A stretch of DNA of 64,000 nt from Macrostomum lignano (lineage: Eukaryota): assembly GCA_002269645.1 (NCBI GenBank), contig NIVC01000067.1:62001-126000 (forward strand). Reading direction: 5' to 3'. Numbering within the stretch: position 1 is the first letter of the stretch; every line of letters starts with the position of its first letter. A program made the position numbers and the translations under genes. Below are positions 12,901-24,310 of the stretch, in pieces. Below the pieces are notes generated by a model. The model was given only the letters and a program-made list of their open reading frames with translations, had not been told where the DNA came from and made no database searches.

Positions 12901-14448
12901 ATTTTTCTACCAAAGGGAGTCCCCTCTGTCAATTTTTTGCTGCGCCAAGACGCTTGGCAACGCACGCAGAAAAAATTCAAGAATGCGGCCCAACTTTTTG
13001 TTGCGCACCTTCTCAAAAGAAAAAAGTCGCCAGCCCTCTGGACCGTCGATATATTTCAAAATTCTTCCCGAAGGTCGGATTTTTGCCATAAGCGCCATAA
13101 GCGCTAGTGCATTGAATACACTCTCCCTGTGCACCAATCAGCACTGCGCCTCAGCGCAGCCCTGTCAAGCCTCCAAATTTCATCAGCAAAGTCGATCAAC
13201 ATGTTTGCATCAGCTCTGACTTCGTTAGTTTCTGACCTTCACCCAGGCGGAGCTTCTGGACCTTCAACAGGCGGCTGCTGAAGGCGATTATGGGCACCCT
13301 GTTGCAAATTTATCTAGTTTCGCTGATCAATCCTCGACAGTGGGCAAACCTCAACTGCTGGACATCCTTAATCCTTATCTAGTCTCTCAAGCATTCCGTC
13401 ATCACCCTGACGCCATCGGCACCTTCAACAAGTTCTTATGCTCATTAAACTTTAAAATTGAATCAAATTTTTTACTCAGGAAGGGTTTTAATTTTAAAAA
13501 TTAAAAAAAGCTTTTTTTGAATTTATGTCACACAGATGGAACTTATGATCAAGTAAAAGTACTGTTACAATAAAAAACGAAGGCATGTTAAGGCAAAAGT
13601 ACGCTAGTTACAATAGCTAAAACGTACTGTACAATAACAGGAATGACTACCTTGCATGTAGACGGTTTCTTTATCGTCATAACAATTTTACTTGATTTAA
13701 GTGTCACCTGCATAAGATTTTTTTAAATACCGTTTGGGTTTCTACATTGTATTCGCCTGTTTCCTACGGCGTCGGGATGGTGACGCAATGTTTTAGAGAC
13801 TAGTTGAGAATGCCCACCAAAATTCGCAACGGGGTGTCCATAGTCACCTGGTGCCATCTTTTGAAGGTGCTGACGGCGTCAGGGTGATGACGGAATGCTC
13901 GAGGGTCTTCCCCTTGGTAGTTTTACTGTTACGAAAGAACTATGGACTGCTGTTTTCCTTCCTGACAACCGAGTAATACTTTAGGCCACAATTTTATTAT
14001 CAGGGATCAAGTCTCTCGAATTTATCCTTTACTCGTTTAGTTCCTGATGGATATTTTCCGGTGTTAACTATGGTACAAAGCGCAAAAAAGAAGTAGCTCA
14101 GACAGATGCTGTAGCAGTGCCGCGGAACGCACCTCAAAGCTCGGGTGCGTGTTCGGCGCCCGAGTGAGGGTTGCTTGGCAGCGCATAATTCATGTCTCCC
14201 ACGCTTGTAACCACACTCAGGTCAACCCTGTCGCCTTCCACCGATCATCGGCCACACAACAATGGAGAATTTTGACATCCTGGAACAGTTTGAACGTTAC
14301 CGAGTTCACGATGTGGTCAGGTACGAGACTTACTGGAACTACAGGTTCCGCAGCAGCAACCAAAGCGTAATTTTCGCAGTGTGCGAGGCACGCACTGGAC
14401 AGCAGTACGGAGAATGGAGTCCTGTGTCCGAAGCCTACCTATACGATG
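971..14448 (+). CDS. Multi-exon sushi/CCP-like repeat extracellular protein, 26 phase-1/phase-1 exons with one module each; 5' and 3' ends not resolved
   Basis: AG/GT-bounded exons read by hand: 971-1195, 2295-2549, 3032-3250, 3448-3672, 3766-4002, 4099-4317, 4408-4662, 5485-5721, 5857-6081, 6174-6431, 7178-7396, 7494-7718, 7801-8058, 8269-8487, 8610-8834, 8917-9174, 9382-9600, 9678-9902, 10021-10278, 10369-10593, 10877-11095, 11209-11460, 11727-11948, 12043-12258, 12560-12820, 14221-14448. Each encodes a C-x-x-P...(C)xxG(Y/H)xL...C...W...(C) module of about 70-87 aa with many NxS/T sequons. No start codon, signal peptide or TM segment was found. A possible short last exon is 14689-14720 (DSFVRVCHVV*), low confidence. 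Confidence 0.9.
1377..1930. repeat. GA-rich low-complexity tract in intron 1 of the sushi gene
   Basis: Almost pure purine on +, with an internal direct duplication (aaatagg..agaaaaggggagatgagataggagagagg near 1382 and 1560). Confidence 0.9.
7494..9902 (+). repeat. Recent ~1.11-kb tandem duplication inside the sushi gene (exons and introns)
   Basis: Exons at 7494, 8610 and 9678 are near-identical, as are 7801/8917 and 8269/9382. Intron 7719-7800 matches 8835-8916. Offsets are 1116 and 1113 bp. Confidence 0.9.
13386..13903. mobile_element. MITE-like inverted-repeat element in the last sushi intron
   Basis: 13386-13428 (ctcaagcattccgtcatcaccctgacgccatcggcaccttcaa) is the reverse complement of 13861-13903 at 40/43 positions. 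The interior is AT-rich and non-coding. No target-site duplication was identified. Confidence 0.5.
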
Positions 14449-16342
14449 GTAAGGTGTTGAATTTTGCATGCATATCACTGCTTCATAGTCATTTCCAGAT
14501 TCTGTTTGGCCTCTGTGAGACCTCAAAACTTTTCCGGCGGTCCATGCAAACGGGCCATAAGACACGGTAAGAAAATTAAAAGAATGCATTTATTTGAATA
14601 CTTACTGTACATACTTGTAAGCTGTTTAAACATTAAAACTGAAGTAAGTTTCGGTAAGTAAAAGGTAAACGTCTCGTTTGTACCACAGATTCCTTTGTCC
14701 GTGTATGTCATGTTGTATGAGTATTCGATGCGTTGATTTTTCGACTTTCCGATAAGCTTTTAATTGATATTCAAGCAGCGATCATGTTTCTGCACACATT
14801 GTTGTTATCTTCATAGTTTTTAATTCATTTAACACTGTGCGTTTTTTAAAGATGATTTTTATTATTGTTGACATTTTAAAAGTACAATACACTATTGGCT
14901 TTTCGAAGTTCGAATACTTCAAAGCACTTTCTACGTGTACAATACCTTTACCTTTTAAAGATCCAAGTTTTTCATATACTTTTTTAAGTTTGACATCTTA
15001 GAATATTTTGCTTTCCTAAATGACACCAAAAGTCAGTTAGCCGTGTTTCTTTGCCGCTCACCGCATGTTTGTACTGCTAAGCCCATGATGCGGTAACAAG
15101 GCTTCGTCACGTATCGCTCGCTTAAGACGCTCCTTTGAGTGCCTGTAAACAGCACTTATCCATTCTGCACTTGAGAATCCTTGGATTTTTTCCTATCTCT
15201 CTTAATCCCGTACACTCACCCTCGAGAGCCTCTGTTCTCCCTCTCATTTTCGCTAAAATTTAGCTTATCTTAGTGAAAACTTAAAGTATACTATTGGAAT
15301 GGCTCGCAAGAATTGTTTACATGAGTAACCTACCAGTCGTTTAACCCGCCTAAAAACATTTTATTCCAATAATGCTTCTCAATAGACACACAGGTGCTAA
15401 AGTTGTGGCTTTACATTCGTGTACTCTATGTTGATTGCCAATGCCAGTGTCAAATAAAACAATGATGCAAACTTACTCCATTTAATGCTTTTCGGAAGTT
15501 CTCTTTTTCCTTATAAATCGGTTGTTTTCTGTTGCTGAGAGAAAATCATCAAACTAGAAAAAAGCAAAGGCCAAATTGAAAGCGAAAAATAAGCACTGAT
15601 ACACACTGAGTATATACGTGCTAAAATCGCTGCAGCATCAACCATATTTATGCTAGCATTGAAGCCAAATTTGACTCTTATTTGCGATGCATGCTCCCAA
15701 GATCCCTACAAAAAATGTGTATTTGTTGAAACATTTGAAAATGCTAAACCTGGTTTTCTTAGGTTAGTTTTAGAATGTCTGAAGGTTCACTAAGCTGTTT
15801 TTCTCACAAATTTGTGTAGCATGCGTGTCATGTCAACTCTCAAGCATAAAAATGGCGGTAGAAACATCTGTCAACGCAGTTTATCAAAAGTACATTGTAA
15901 TACCCTGTTGTTGCACATATGCAAGTAACAACCAAGCGAGGTATTGCAACCAAATAAAGAATGACCTCCGGAAACCCTCTTGAACTGTAGTAGCAAAAGT
16001 TTATTGAAAATTCCAGCTTATCGGGGCTCTTCGGCTCGTAATGGTTTTCTTGGAATTATTTTTCGTATTTTCCTCTAGTTGTCGAAACTTTTCCTAAAGT
16101 ACATGTAAGTCTACATGGATCGCAGAATTCACATGCATTGAAGTTTCTGTTAAAGTTTTGGCTGATTTAGTTGGAAGCATTCTGCTTCCTCTCCAGGACT
16201 AGTTTTTCTTCGCTTCTGTAAAGAAGGCCTGATTGGCTGATCTCACGCACGCCATCTATCCTCGAACTTCGATGTAGAGTACATATATTACTTCGTAGAA
16301 CAGAAAAGTAAATCAGAAAGTGTAAGTAAAGCAGAGGTCACA

Positions 16343-17391
16343 ATGGGCATTGAAAGTCACAACGGAACAACCAGCACTGCTGGCGGGCCAGCGAGTGGTT
16401 CGGCTCTATCGAACATCCAAATTTCCCAAATTGTACTCGAGCTAATCATCGCCGTGATCGCTGTGCTTGGCAACTCGCTCACGATTGCCGCCGTCCTGCT
16501 GGACAGATCCATGAGGCGGCCGACCAACTATCTAGTGGCCAGTCTGGCTGCCACTGACCTTCTGGTGGGCATGGTGGCGATTCCGCTATCCTTGACTGCA
16601 GGTGACGGGTTCCCCAGGTGAGGCTGTGGACTCTGCAATAATTTAGCTCGCACTGAAATATAAAAAGTTTCTGTAGCAATCAGTTTTGATTCTTCAGGAA
16701 CAATTTTCTGGGCTGCCTAACGGTCAACTCGCTGATCGTGAGCTTTACGCAGGTTAGCATCTTCGGATTGCTGGCGATTTCGCTGGAACGCTTTGTTGCT
16801 GTGCGCTTTCCGCTGCGGTACCGACTCCTGTGTGACAGCCGCTGCGTCGCTGTGACAGTGGTCATGACCTGGAGCTGCGGCGCCGCTGTTGGCTTCGTCC
16901 CACTCATGGGCTGGAACCTCGGTCCGCCGTCTGACGGTTTCTGCAGCTTCGCCAGCGTGATAGACATGAAATACATGGTGTACTTTATATTCTTCGGCTG
17001 TCTGCTGGTGCCGCTGTTGGCTGTAGTCTGCGTCTACAGCTACATATTTAAAGTGCTGATGCAGCGTCGCTCAAGCCGTTCGTCGAATGCACAGTCGGAG
17101 TCGGCTGATGAACGTCGAGCAGCGCGTAGCCTGGCGCTTGTCGTTCTGCTATTCGCCGCTTGCTGGGTACCGTTGAATGTGCTCAACTGTCTCAGCCTTC
17201 TGTGCGGCAGTCGGTGCAGCTTCCCCTACGAGTTGCTGGTGTTCGCCATCCTGTTGAGCCACGCAAACAGTGCGGTCAACCCGTTTGTGTACGCATTCAC
17301 TAATACGCAGTTCCGAAAGGCCTACCGTCGGCTGCTGCTGTGCCACAGGTGCAGAGATGTGTCTCCGCTGCACACGGTTGCGCAAGCATAG
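16343..17391 (+). CDS. AdoR: Adenosine-receptor-like class A GPCR, 2 exons (16343-16617, 16698-17391), 322 aa
   Basis: Seven hydrophobic helices with GN (TM1), SLAxxD (TM2), C...TQVSIFGLLAISLERF (TM3), CWVP (TM6) and LSHANSAVNPFVY (TM7). The TQxSI, LNC and SHxNS motifs are typical of adenosine receptors. The splice CCCAG|gtgag...ttcag|G restores the frame. Confidence 0.85.
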
Positions 17392-18401
17392 CTGCTTAGG
17401 CCTGCATGCATAACGGCATGTGGCTTCTTCGAACTGCAATTTTTTGTTTTTACCATCAATATTTGTAATAGTACTACTAGTACTTTTAGTATTATAGACA
17501 CTTAGACACTTTCGGTATGGCTGTAAAGGTTCGAGACCCTGTTAGTGACACTGTCAGATCAAATTAGAGCTACAAACCTTCGTAGTTCTGTTTTACTTCT
17601 TCTTTCTACTTTTCTTCTTCTACTCTCCTTCTACCAAGAAGATAGAGACTTGAAGAAAGGTTCTACTTATTTTTATGTACCATATGAGAAGAAAAATCTA
17701 TATTTCTTCAAATTCCCGCATCCACAGAAATGCGAAACCTGCAATTATCCCCAGTATCATTGCTACTAGAGCACGTTCCATGCGAAGCCGCGTAGTTACG
17801 ATTCGAGTGACCTATGAAGCATGCGAAATAACAAGCAAATTCACCACTCTTTCATGTCTATGCGCATAGATGTTACCGTAGCCTCATCAAGTGTCTGGTT
17901 AATCAAAGTCATTCATCTGCTTGGTCACGTCCCAGAGTCAGGATTTTCTTTGACTTAAATTCTGATGCAGGGAGAGTTCTTATTGATTGAAAAACCTTGT
18001 CTGACAAAAATATAGATATCAGCTTGACCTCGTGCAAGAATTTCCTGGTCAAAAGATTTCTGAAGTCAAGACAACACAAATATCAGATAGAAAGAGAATA
18101 TGAAAAACAACTTTGAGAGCAAATTTTTCGAAATAGCTCGTAGATACTGCTACGAATAATAATATGTTATTAAATTTAATTAAACCAAAACTCAAGCTGA
18201 TCCCTTCAGTACTCTTATGAGCTATTTTCCCACCACTCAATTACGCGACGCATCAAAGCTTTAACTGAAATGGAGCGGGAGAAGTGCCTTAGGCTTAAGC
18301 CAAGCTCATTACACAGCGGGGGCACTTCGAGATTAAAGACGAGACGCCAGGGTGGGGGATGACTCTGTGGAGAGCCAGTGTACATCAGCTGAAATGTTGT
18401 A

Positions 18402-20465
18402 CTACTCGAAACCACCGAGGGTAAGTCGGATAAAGTCACGAAAGTTGATCTCCCCACTAGCTTGACCTTCGGCTGAGCCGTTAGCCACCGCTTCGGCCAG
18501 CATCCATCCGGTCAACTGGCTCTCCGTCGGTTCGCCAAGACCGGTCAGACAGTTCGCTAGTGAACTCGCCGACCAGACCATCTTCCCACTGCTCTGGACC
18601 TCTGCAAGCAGCTGGAAGGCCTGGCCAAGTGTGCGGCGGCGCTCGCCTCCTGTCCGGTCTGTGAGGCCGCGGCACACCCGAGTGACGAACTCGGGATATC
18701 CTAGCGTCCCAGTAGCACCGTCTCGAGCGTACTGCAGCCATTCCTGGTGCGAGGTTAAGCAGACGAGGATACTATGCTAGAACATTAGTTAACTCTGTAA
18801 GAGCTGGGTAGGGATATCACTATTACTGGACCACAACTCCAAAAGTGCGGCCCATGAAATCAACAGTAATTCTAAAAAGCTGAACAAAAGAATGCGTACA
18901 CATTTTGGCAAAATCAGATTTCCATATGCTCTTTTCCGGATAAAAAATTTACCATTTCACCAGTTTCACCTTCGTGTAATTATGGAACTTGATAAAGCTC
19001 ATAATCGAGCGCTGAGAGTAGAAAGTTGAGTTGGATACAAGTAAATTCCATTGTTCAAACAGCACTATACCAGTGTATTTGCTCAAGCTACCTGAAAAGT
19101 AGCCGAGCTACGTGGTTCTGTACCCAAGAGCAGTTCACCAAGAGCCAGTAGCTCTGCCAGAAGCTCTGCGAGTCCAAGATTTGTTAAATCAGTTGGCAAT
19201 TGGTTCAGGCCCATTTTATATTTGATTTGAGCGATCGGTGACCTGCGAAGCTACCAGCAATAATGTGAACTGGCCTTAAAATGAGGTTGAAAAAGCAGTC
19301 TGAATGGTGGAGTTTTGCAAAAGCTCGCTTCCACAATCAATTGAAAATAGTTTCCACCTTTGACAACGGAGTTATCGCGGAAACATTTATATCATCGCGA
19401 GGATAGCTACCAATTCAAATAAATGTGACCTTGTCCATGTGACCTGACCTTACCCAAGCTCAATCTTGCTCGAACTCAAGGTAAAGCACCCAACCAATGT
19501 CGAACTCAGACAGTGCAAATCCTTTGCTACGTAACTGGAGGAATATCCTGTTTAGCAACCGGTTAAGCTTCGTGAAATACTAGAAGTTTTACTTTCTTGC
19601 TCTCCAACTCCAATTCAGCAGCAATTATAGCATTAGTTTTACTCGTACCTATTGATAATCTATGCATGTATGTCATTGAGACTTTTACATCAATTTTAAC
19701 AAATTTAATCACCATCAAACTTATAGTATACTTCCTATAGTAGTATACTCCGAAAATGTCCTTATTTTCTATTTCATACACATGCAGCATGCCGAAAAGT
19801 TATGCTCATTCTTTTTTTTCAAGCGATTGATCAAATGATGGATGATATATGGAGGAGCACTTTTACGAGTACGAGCTATCTCAACCAGCAGAACCCCACA
19901 GAAAGCCAATAGCACGGTTTTTAATTCCCACCATATAGTTTCATGCACGATAGATACCAGTGTATAAGGGTTTATTGGTGAACTCAGGCAAGACGAAAGC
20001 AACAGGTGAGGCAGCCTTCTCGCAGAAATTAAAGTCCCATAGTAGCGAGCTTCTATTGATGAATGATGATTGCCTGTGTCACCCACATCACACATGCCAC
20101 GCCTAGCTTAGGAATAATTTTTCGAGTCTAATTTTATTAAAGAGCTAAGGATTTGCTGTAATTTGTCATTGATTTTAATGCTTCATCAATGAAATCATAC
20201 ATACAACGGGTCAGGCAATGAAGCTCGTTAATCCATAGCTAGAGAACTAAAACCGAACTTGAACCCCATACGCAGCCTTCGCTCTCACCCTGGCCATTTC
20301 CTGGCTGGCTCCAGGCACTCGGAAGGCTCGCATGGCCGCCAGGAGGTCGCTCTCGCCTATTTGACCGTCTCCGTCCTGGTCCAGATGGCCGAACGCTTCT
20401 TGCAGCTCAGCTGCCAGTTCGCCGCTAATGCGCATCAGAATGTCGGCAGGCGGATCGGCAGTCAT
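18402..20465 (-). CDS. Calmodulin/myosin light chain-like EF-hand protein, 2 exons (20289-20465, 18402-18743), 172 aa
   Basis: ELQEAFGHLDQDGDGQIGESDLLAAMRAF is EF1. The spliced continuation EWLQYARDGATGTLGYPEFVTRV...LGQAFQLL...LANCLTGLGE...GEINFRDFIRL follows the four-EF-hand pattern. Phase-0 splice with GTGAGA donor and CCAG acceptor. Confidence 0.8.
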
Positions 20466-21177
20466 GGCAATGAAGCTGAGTGACTGCTTGAGGAGATGCT
20501 TGGGGAGGCCAAGCCCTTCGACTACTTGAGTTCAGTCTAGAATTTAATTTTCACGCATATGGGTTTGCTTTCACACTTTATGGGGCAAAGCCGGGCGGAA
20601 ATTTAATAAAGAACTGATGGAAGCACAATGACAATGGGGCGCCCATCGGCAACTTCCTCTCCTTTCACCCGTTCGTCATTCTGAGCGCTTCGGTTAAGTT
20701 GAAGCGTATGAATAGTGAGTTCAGGCCCTTCTGGTTTCTCTCTTACTATTCAATAGTGCCTAGAGAGAATCTAGTCATAGTCAAATATTTGCTTCTAGCA
20801 AAACGTCTCTGTAGTCCAGGGAGTGCTTCACGTTAACCGAAAAGCATGATTTGTATTTTATGGCGTGCAATTTGTCTCTCTCGCCTTTGTCGTCAAATTC
20901 GCAGCTTCGAGTTCTTTGTGTTTGCTGCTAAATACTCTGGTGTATGTGTTTAACTACTCATAAGAACCTAACACTCAAAGCATCTACATGTATAACTGCC
21001 AAAGAGTAAGAAATTGAAAAGGTAATGCTTGGCCAGCCATTTTATATTGGTGTTCTAGATATGCAATCCGTCCAGCTGCGCTTTATTTCAATTGGGGTGC
21101 ACATTTTAGCTATGAATTTTTTGCGCTAAGCTAAGAAGTTCATAATCAATGTTTAACAAGATTCGATCGATTCTTCA

Positions 21178-21859
21178 CTATTCTCGTCCGCGAACTCCAA
21201 CCTGGCTCATCAGCGAGTCCACCTGTCGCTCAAGGTTGTCCAGCTGCTGTTCGACTGCGTCAGATCGACTGTTGATGCGTTCCGTTGTTCCGCTGAAGCT
21301 GCTGATTAGCGATTGCAGAGCCGATGCTACCTGTGGTCGTTACGGTCCATATTTAGGTCACAGGATTTCAGAAGAGTGCTTAGAACTTACTCTCGTGAAT
21401 GTATGAATTTACTACCGTAAGGCTCTGTGTTCATTTCTGGAGAGGGACTGTACTTGGACTGCCTGATGTGAGACGCCGGAGCGCTCGACACTTCTGGCGG
21501 GGTGGACTTTCGTCATCTGACGCAACCGTTACCGCATGACTTTACTTTTCTGGGTAGCATCTTTTGTTATGTTGTTTTTTTGGGGGGGGGGTTCGAATAA
21601 GTGTTTATCAGAAAAGTAGTTTGACTGGCTTCCTATCAGATGCAATAGTTTCATTGTCTAATTCCAACTATGATCGATACAATCAACTGTACAGTCCTTA
21701 TAGCAGCACACTCACATGCGTCTGCAGCTCATCTACCGACTGGGGATCTGCAGTTCCATACTGCCTTCGTTGCTGCTGTTGCTGCTGGTCCCGCTGTAGG
21801 CTGAACAAGCTGGAACCGTCTGTGAAGCCGTCATTCAGTCGAAAATCTTTTGCGTCCAT
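21178..21859 (-). CDS. HSBP1: Heat shock factor binding protein 1-like, 2 exons (21716-21859, 21178-21330), 98 aa
   Basis: Spliced product ...TADPQSVDELQTH|VASALQSLISSFSGTTERINSRSDAVEQQLDNLERQVDSLMSQVGVRGRE* aligns by eye with the HSBP1 pattern [59 protein letters not shown]. Phase-0 GTGAGT/CACAG splice. The second exon is absent from the ORF track. Confidence 0.75.
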
Positions 21860-24310
21860 ATTTGAATGCAAAAAATTTATATTGATTTCAATGCAGAGAT
21901 AATTTTTCCCTGCTCCTGCAGCACTCAAAGTCGATTCTGTTCCTTATCTATCTCGCCTCCCGCTCAGCTTTCAAGCCGATTAGAATCGCAACCCCGTTTC
22001 ATTTTGTTCTCATTCTACTCTCCAATCCACTCTGCTCCTCTCGCATCACAACTCTGTCCCAAACCTTCCCTGAGAGGAGAGGCTTACCCCCCCCCCCCCC
22101 GCGGAGATGAGGTACAGAGGTTGGGCTTGAAACCCGCTAGTGCACTAAATCAAGCCAGAGAGAAGAATTGATGATGACTTGGGATCGCGATGAGGCAGCG
22201 GGGAGGCAGGGACAATGGGAAGAACGGAAGGAGGCGGCACCGCGGCACGCAAGGCTGAAGCGAGGTGGAGCAGCTCAGCGCGAGATTTGCGAGAGAGGCA
22301 TGAGAGGAGCGGAGTGGAGCTTGTAGCGCGCGCGTCTCGGTTGCAACAATTGTTTTGTTGCTGCCCGCTTTCAGGCGCTTAGACGGGCCGCCGCCCCATT
22401 CAAAGCATGCGCGAAGTGGGGAGCTGGACTGATTTTTTTCTACCTCTCTCCCATTGTTGTCACGGGCAACCAACTGATTGAGCCTGCGCGGGTTTGAGGA
22501 TTATGGATGAATTGGGAATGCGAGAAGGCTAATAAGCTATAGCCTTAATTCTATGAATATGAATGATTTCATCTCTGAATCCCTATTTAATTGTTTCAAT
22601 AAATGGTCTTTCCCTTGGCAGTCAAACATATCCACGATAAAATGTAGTTTCTGACAATGATTGATGCTTCTGTTTTTCGTTTCGTTCTGTGCCCCCTTCC
22701 ATGGTAAAAAAAGCAACTCAAAATGCAACCAGTGCTACTAATGAGTAGTGATTCAGTATTTGCATGAGCTTGTTCCTGCGTACAGCATTGGCGCTTGTAT
22801 GCGCTCGCAGTCTGTAGTTGCGAGCGTCTGTGGTTGCAGTCCGCATTCGATGCGCTCGCAGCAGAATCCACACGGACAGCGGCCTGATGTAGCGGCATGA
22901 TTGAGCCTGCGTGGGTTTGAGGATTATGGATAAATTGGGAATGTGAGAAGGCTACTAAGCCATAGCTTTGATTTGCGAAATTTGCAACATTCGCGCGGCA
23001 GTAACTCCAGTCGATCGGTGTCTGCTGAGCTTTCCAGTGCAACTGCAACCAATGACCGAACAGCTGGTCGGCATTGTCAAACCGGCCCCCAGTGTCGAAG
23101 CGAAACATCCTATGATTCGAAGTACCTGGGTGTCCAAAACTTGACATCGGAACTAAAGTACCTAAAGTACCTTATTTGAAAAGCAGTTCACTCTACCACA
23201 AACACTTTGTTCCAACTGAAAAAGCTTTCTCTACCTGGAAATCAGTTTGCTGTACCCGAAAATACCTTTGCTCTACCTTGAAGTCAGTTCGTTCGATCTG
23301 TAGATTAGTTTGCTCCACCTTTTAATCAGCTTGCTCTAACTGGAAAACAATTCTCTCAGTTTAATCTACGTCTTTGATATGGCCGAACTCCAGTTACAAT
23401 GAGAAAGTTGTTGGGTTCGATAAAATTCATACAAAAAATTGGTAAGCCTGTGTTCTCTACGAGTCCTTCCGAGTCCGTTCCCACACAGTGCAGTGCAGTA
23501 GTCCAGTCTCTAGTCTCGGTACACGAGCTACAAAGAAAACGAATTTCGAGTTGATTTCGCGCCAATCTGCGCTGCTCATAATTTCTTTGCTGTTGACCCG
23601 GCCGAATGGCTCGTCGGGTACTCATCTTCCTTTTTTAATCTGGTGCTCATAGAAATTTGCATCGAAATTAGCTTTGTCATTCGACATGTTAACGATAAAT
23701 GGAAATAATGGATGCTTCCAGCAAGCTGAATTGAATTCAACGGATATAGCTTGGCGAAATAGAGAAAAAGTGTGCTGTTAGCTTGTAGTAGCGTGTAGTA
23801 ATTTGCTTGTTCTTATTCAGTTTTTAAGATTACTTATGTACGCTAATTTTTCATATGTTTTAAAAATATTAACAAATAATATTTAATTTGCTTTAATTCA
23901 TGTCTTTATTACTCAGAAGTCGTAAAGTTGCCGCACTTTTCAAGGAACGGGGTTGGTGTGCGGGGTTGGTGTTATTCTGTGTCATATCAGGCCTACGCAA
24001 GCAATACGGGTACGGGGTACGCAGTCTAGCTTTATTCCTTGGTCTGTTGGGCTTCACCGGCCTGGCTATGCATAGAACGGGGTAGGGAGACTAACTGTAC
24101 AAAAATAGCAAAAAATTCCAGGAAAGAAAAGAAAGGACAGAGAATGTGTAGAATAAATAGACAGGGAGCAAAGCAAGACCTCTCTGCCATTGTACGCTCT
24201 CCTACGATTAGTATTTAACGTTCATTAGAGCAACCACAAGCCAGTTATAAAGCAAAAGTGGCTTGCCTCTGTTCCGTTCAACACTCAAGCCTAAGCTGCA
24301 GAATTTGTTC

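Noticed and set aside
22955-23137. MPTSCSVIGC as a THAP domain start
   Set aside because: It lacks the downstream FP, W and C...H ligands of THAP before the stop.
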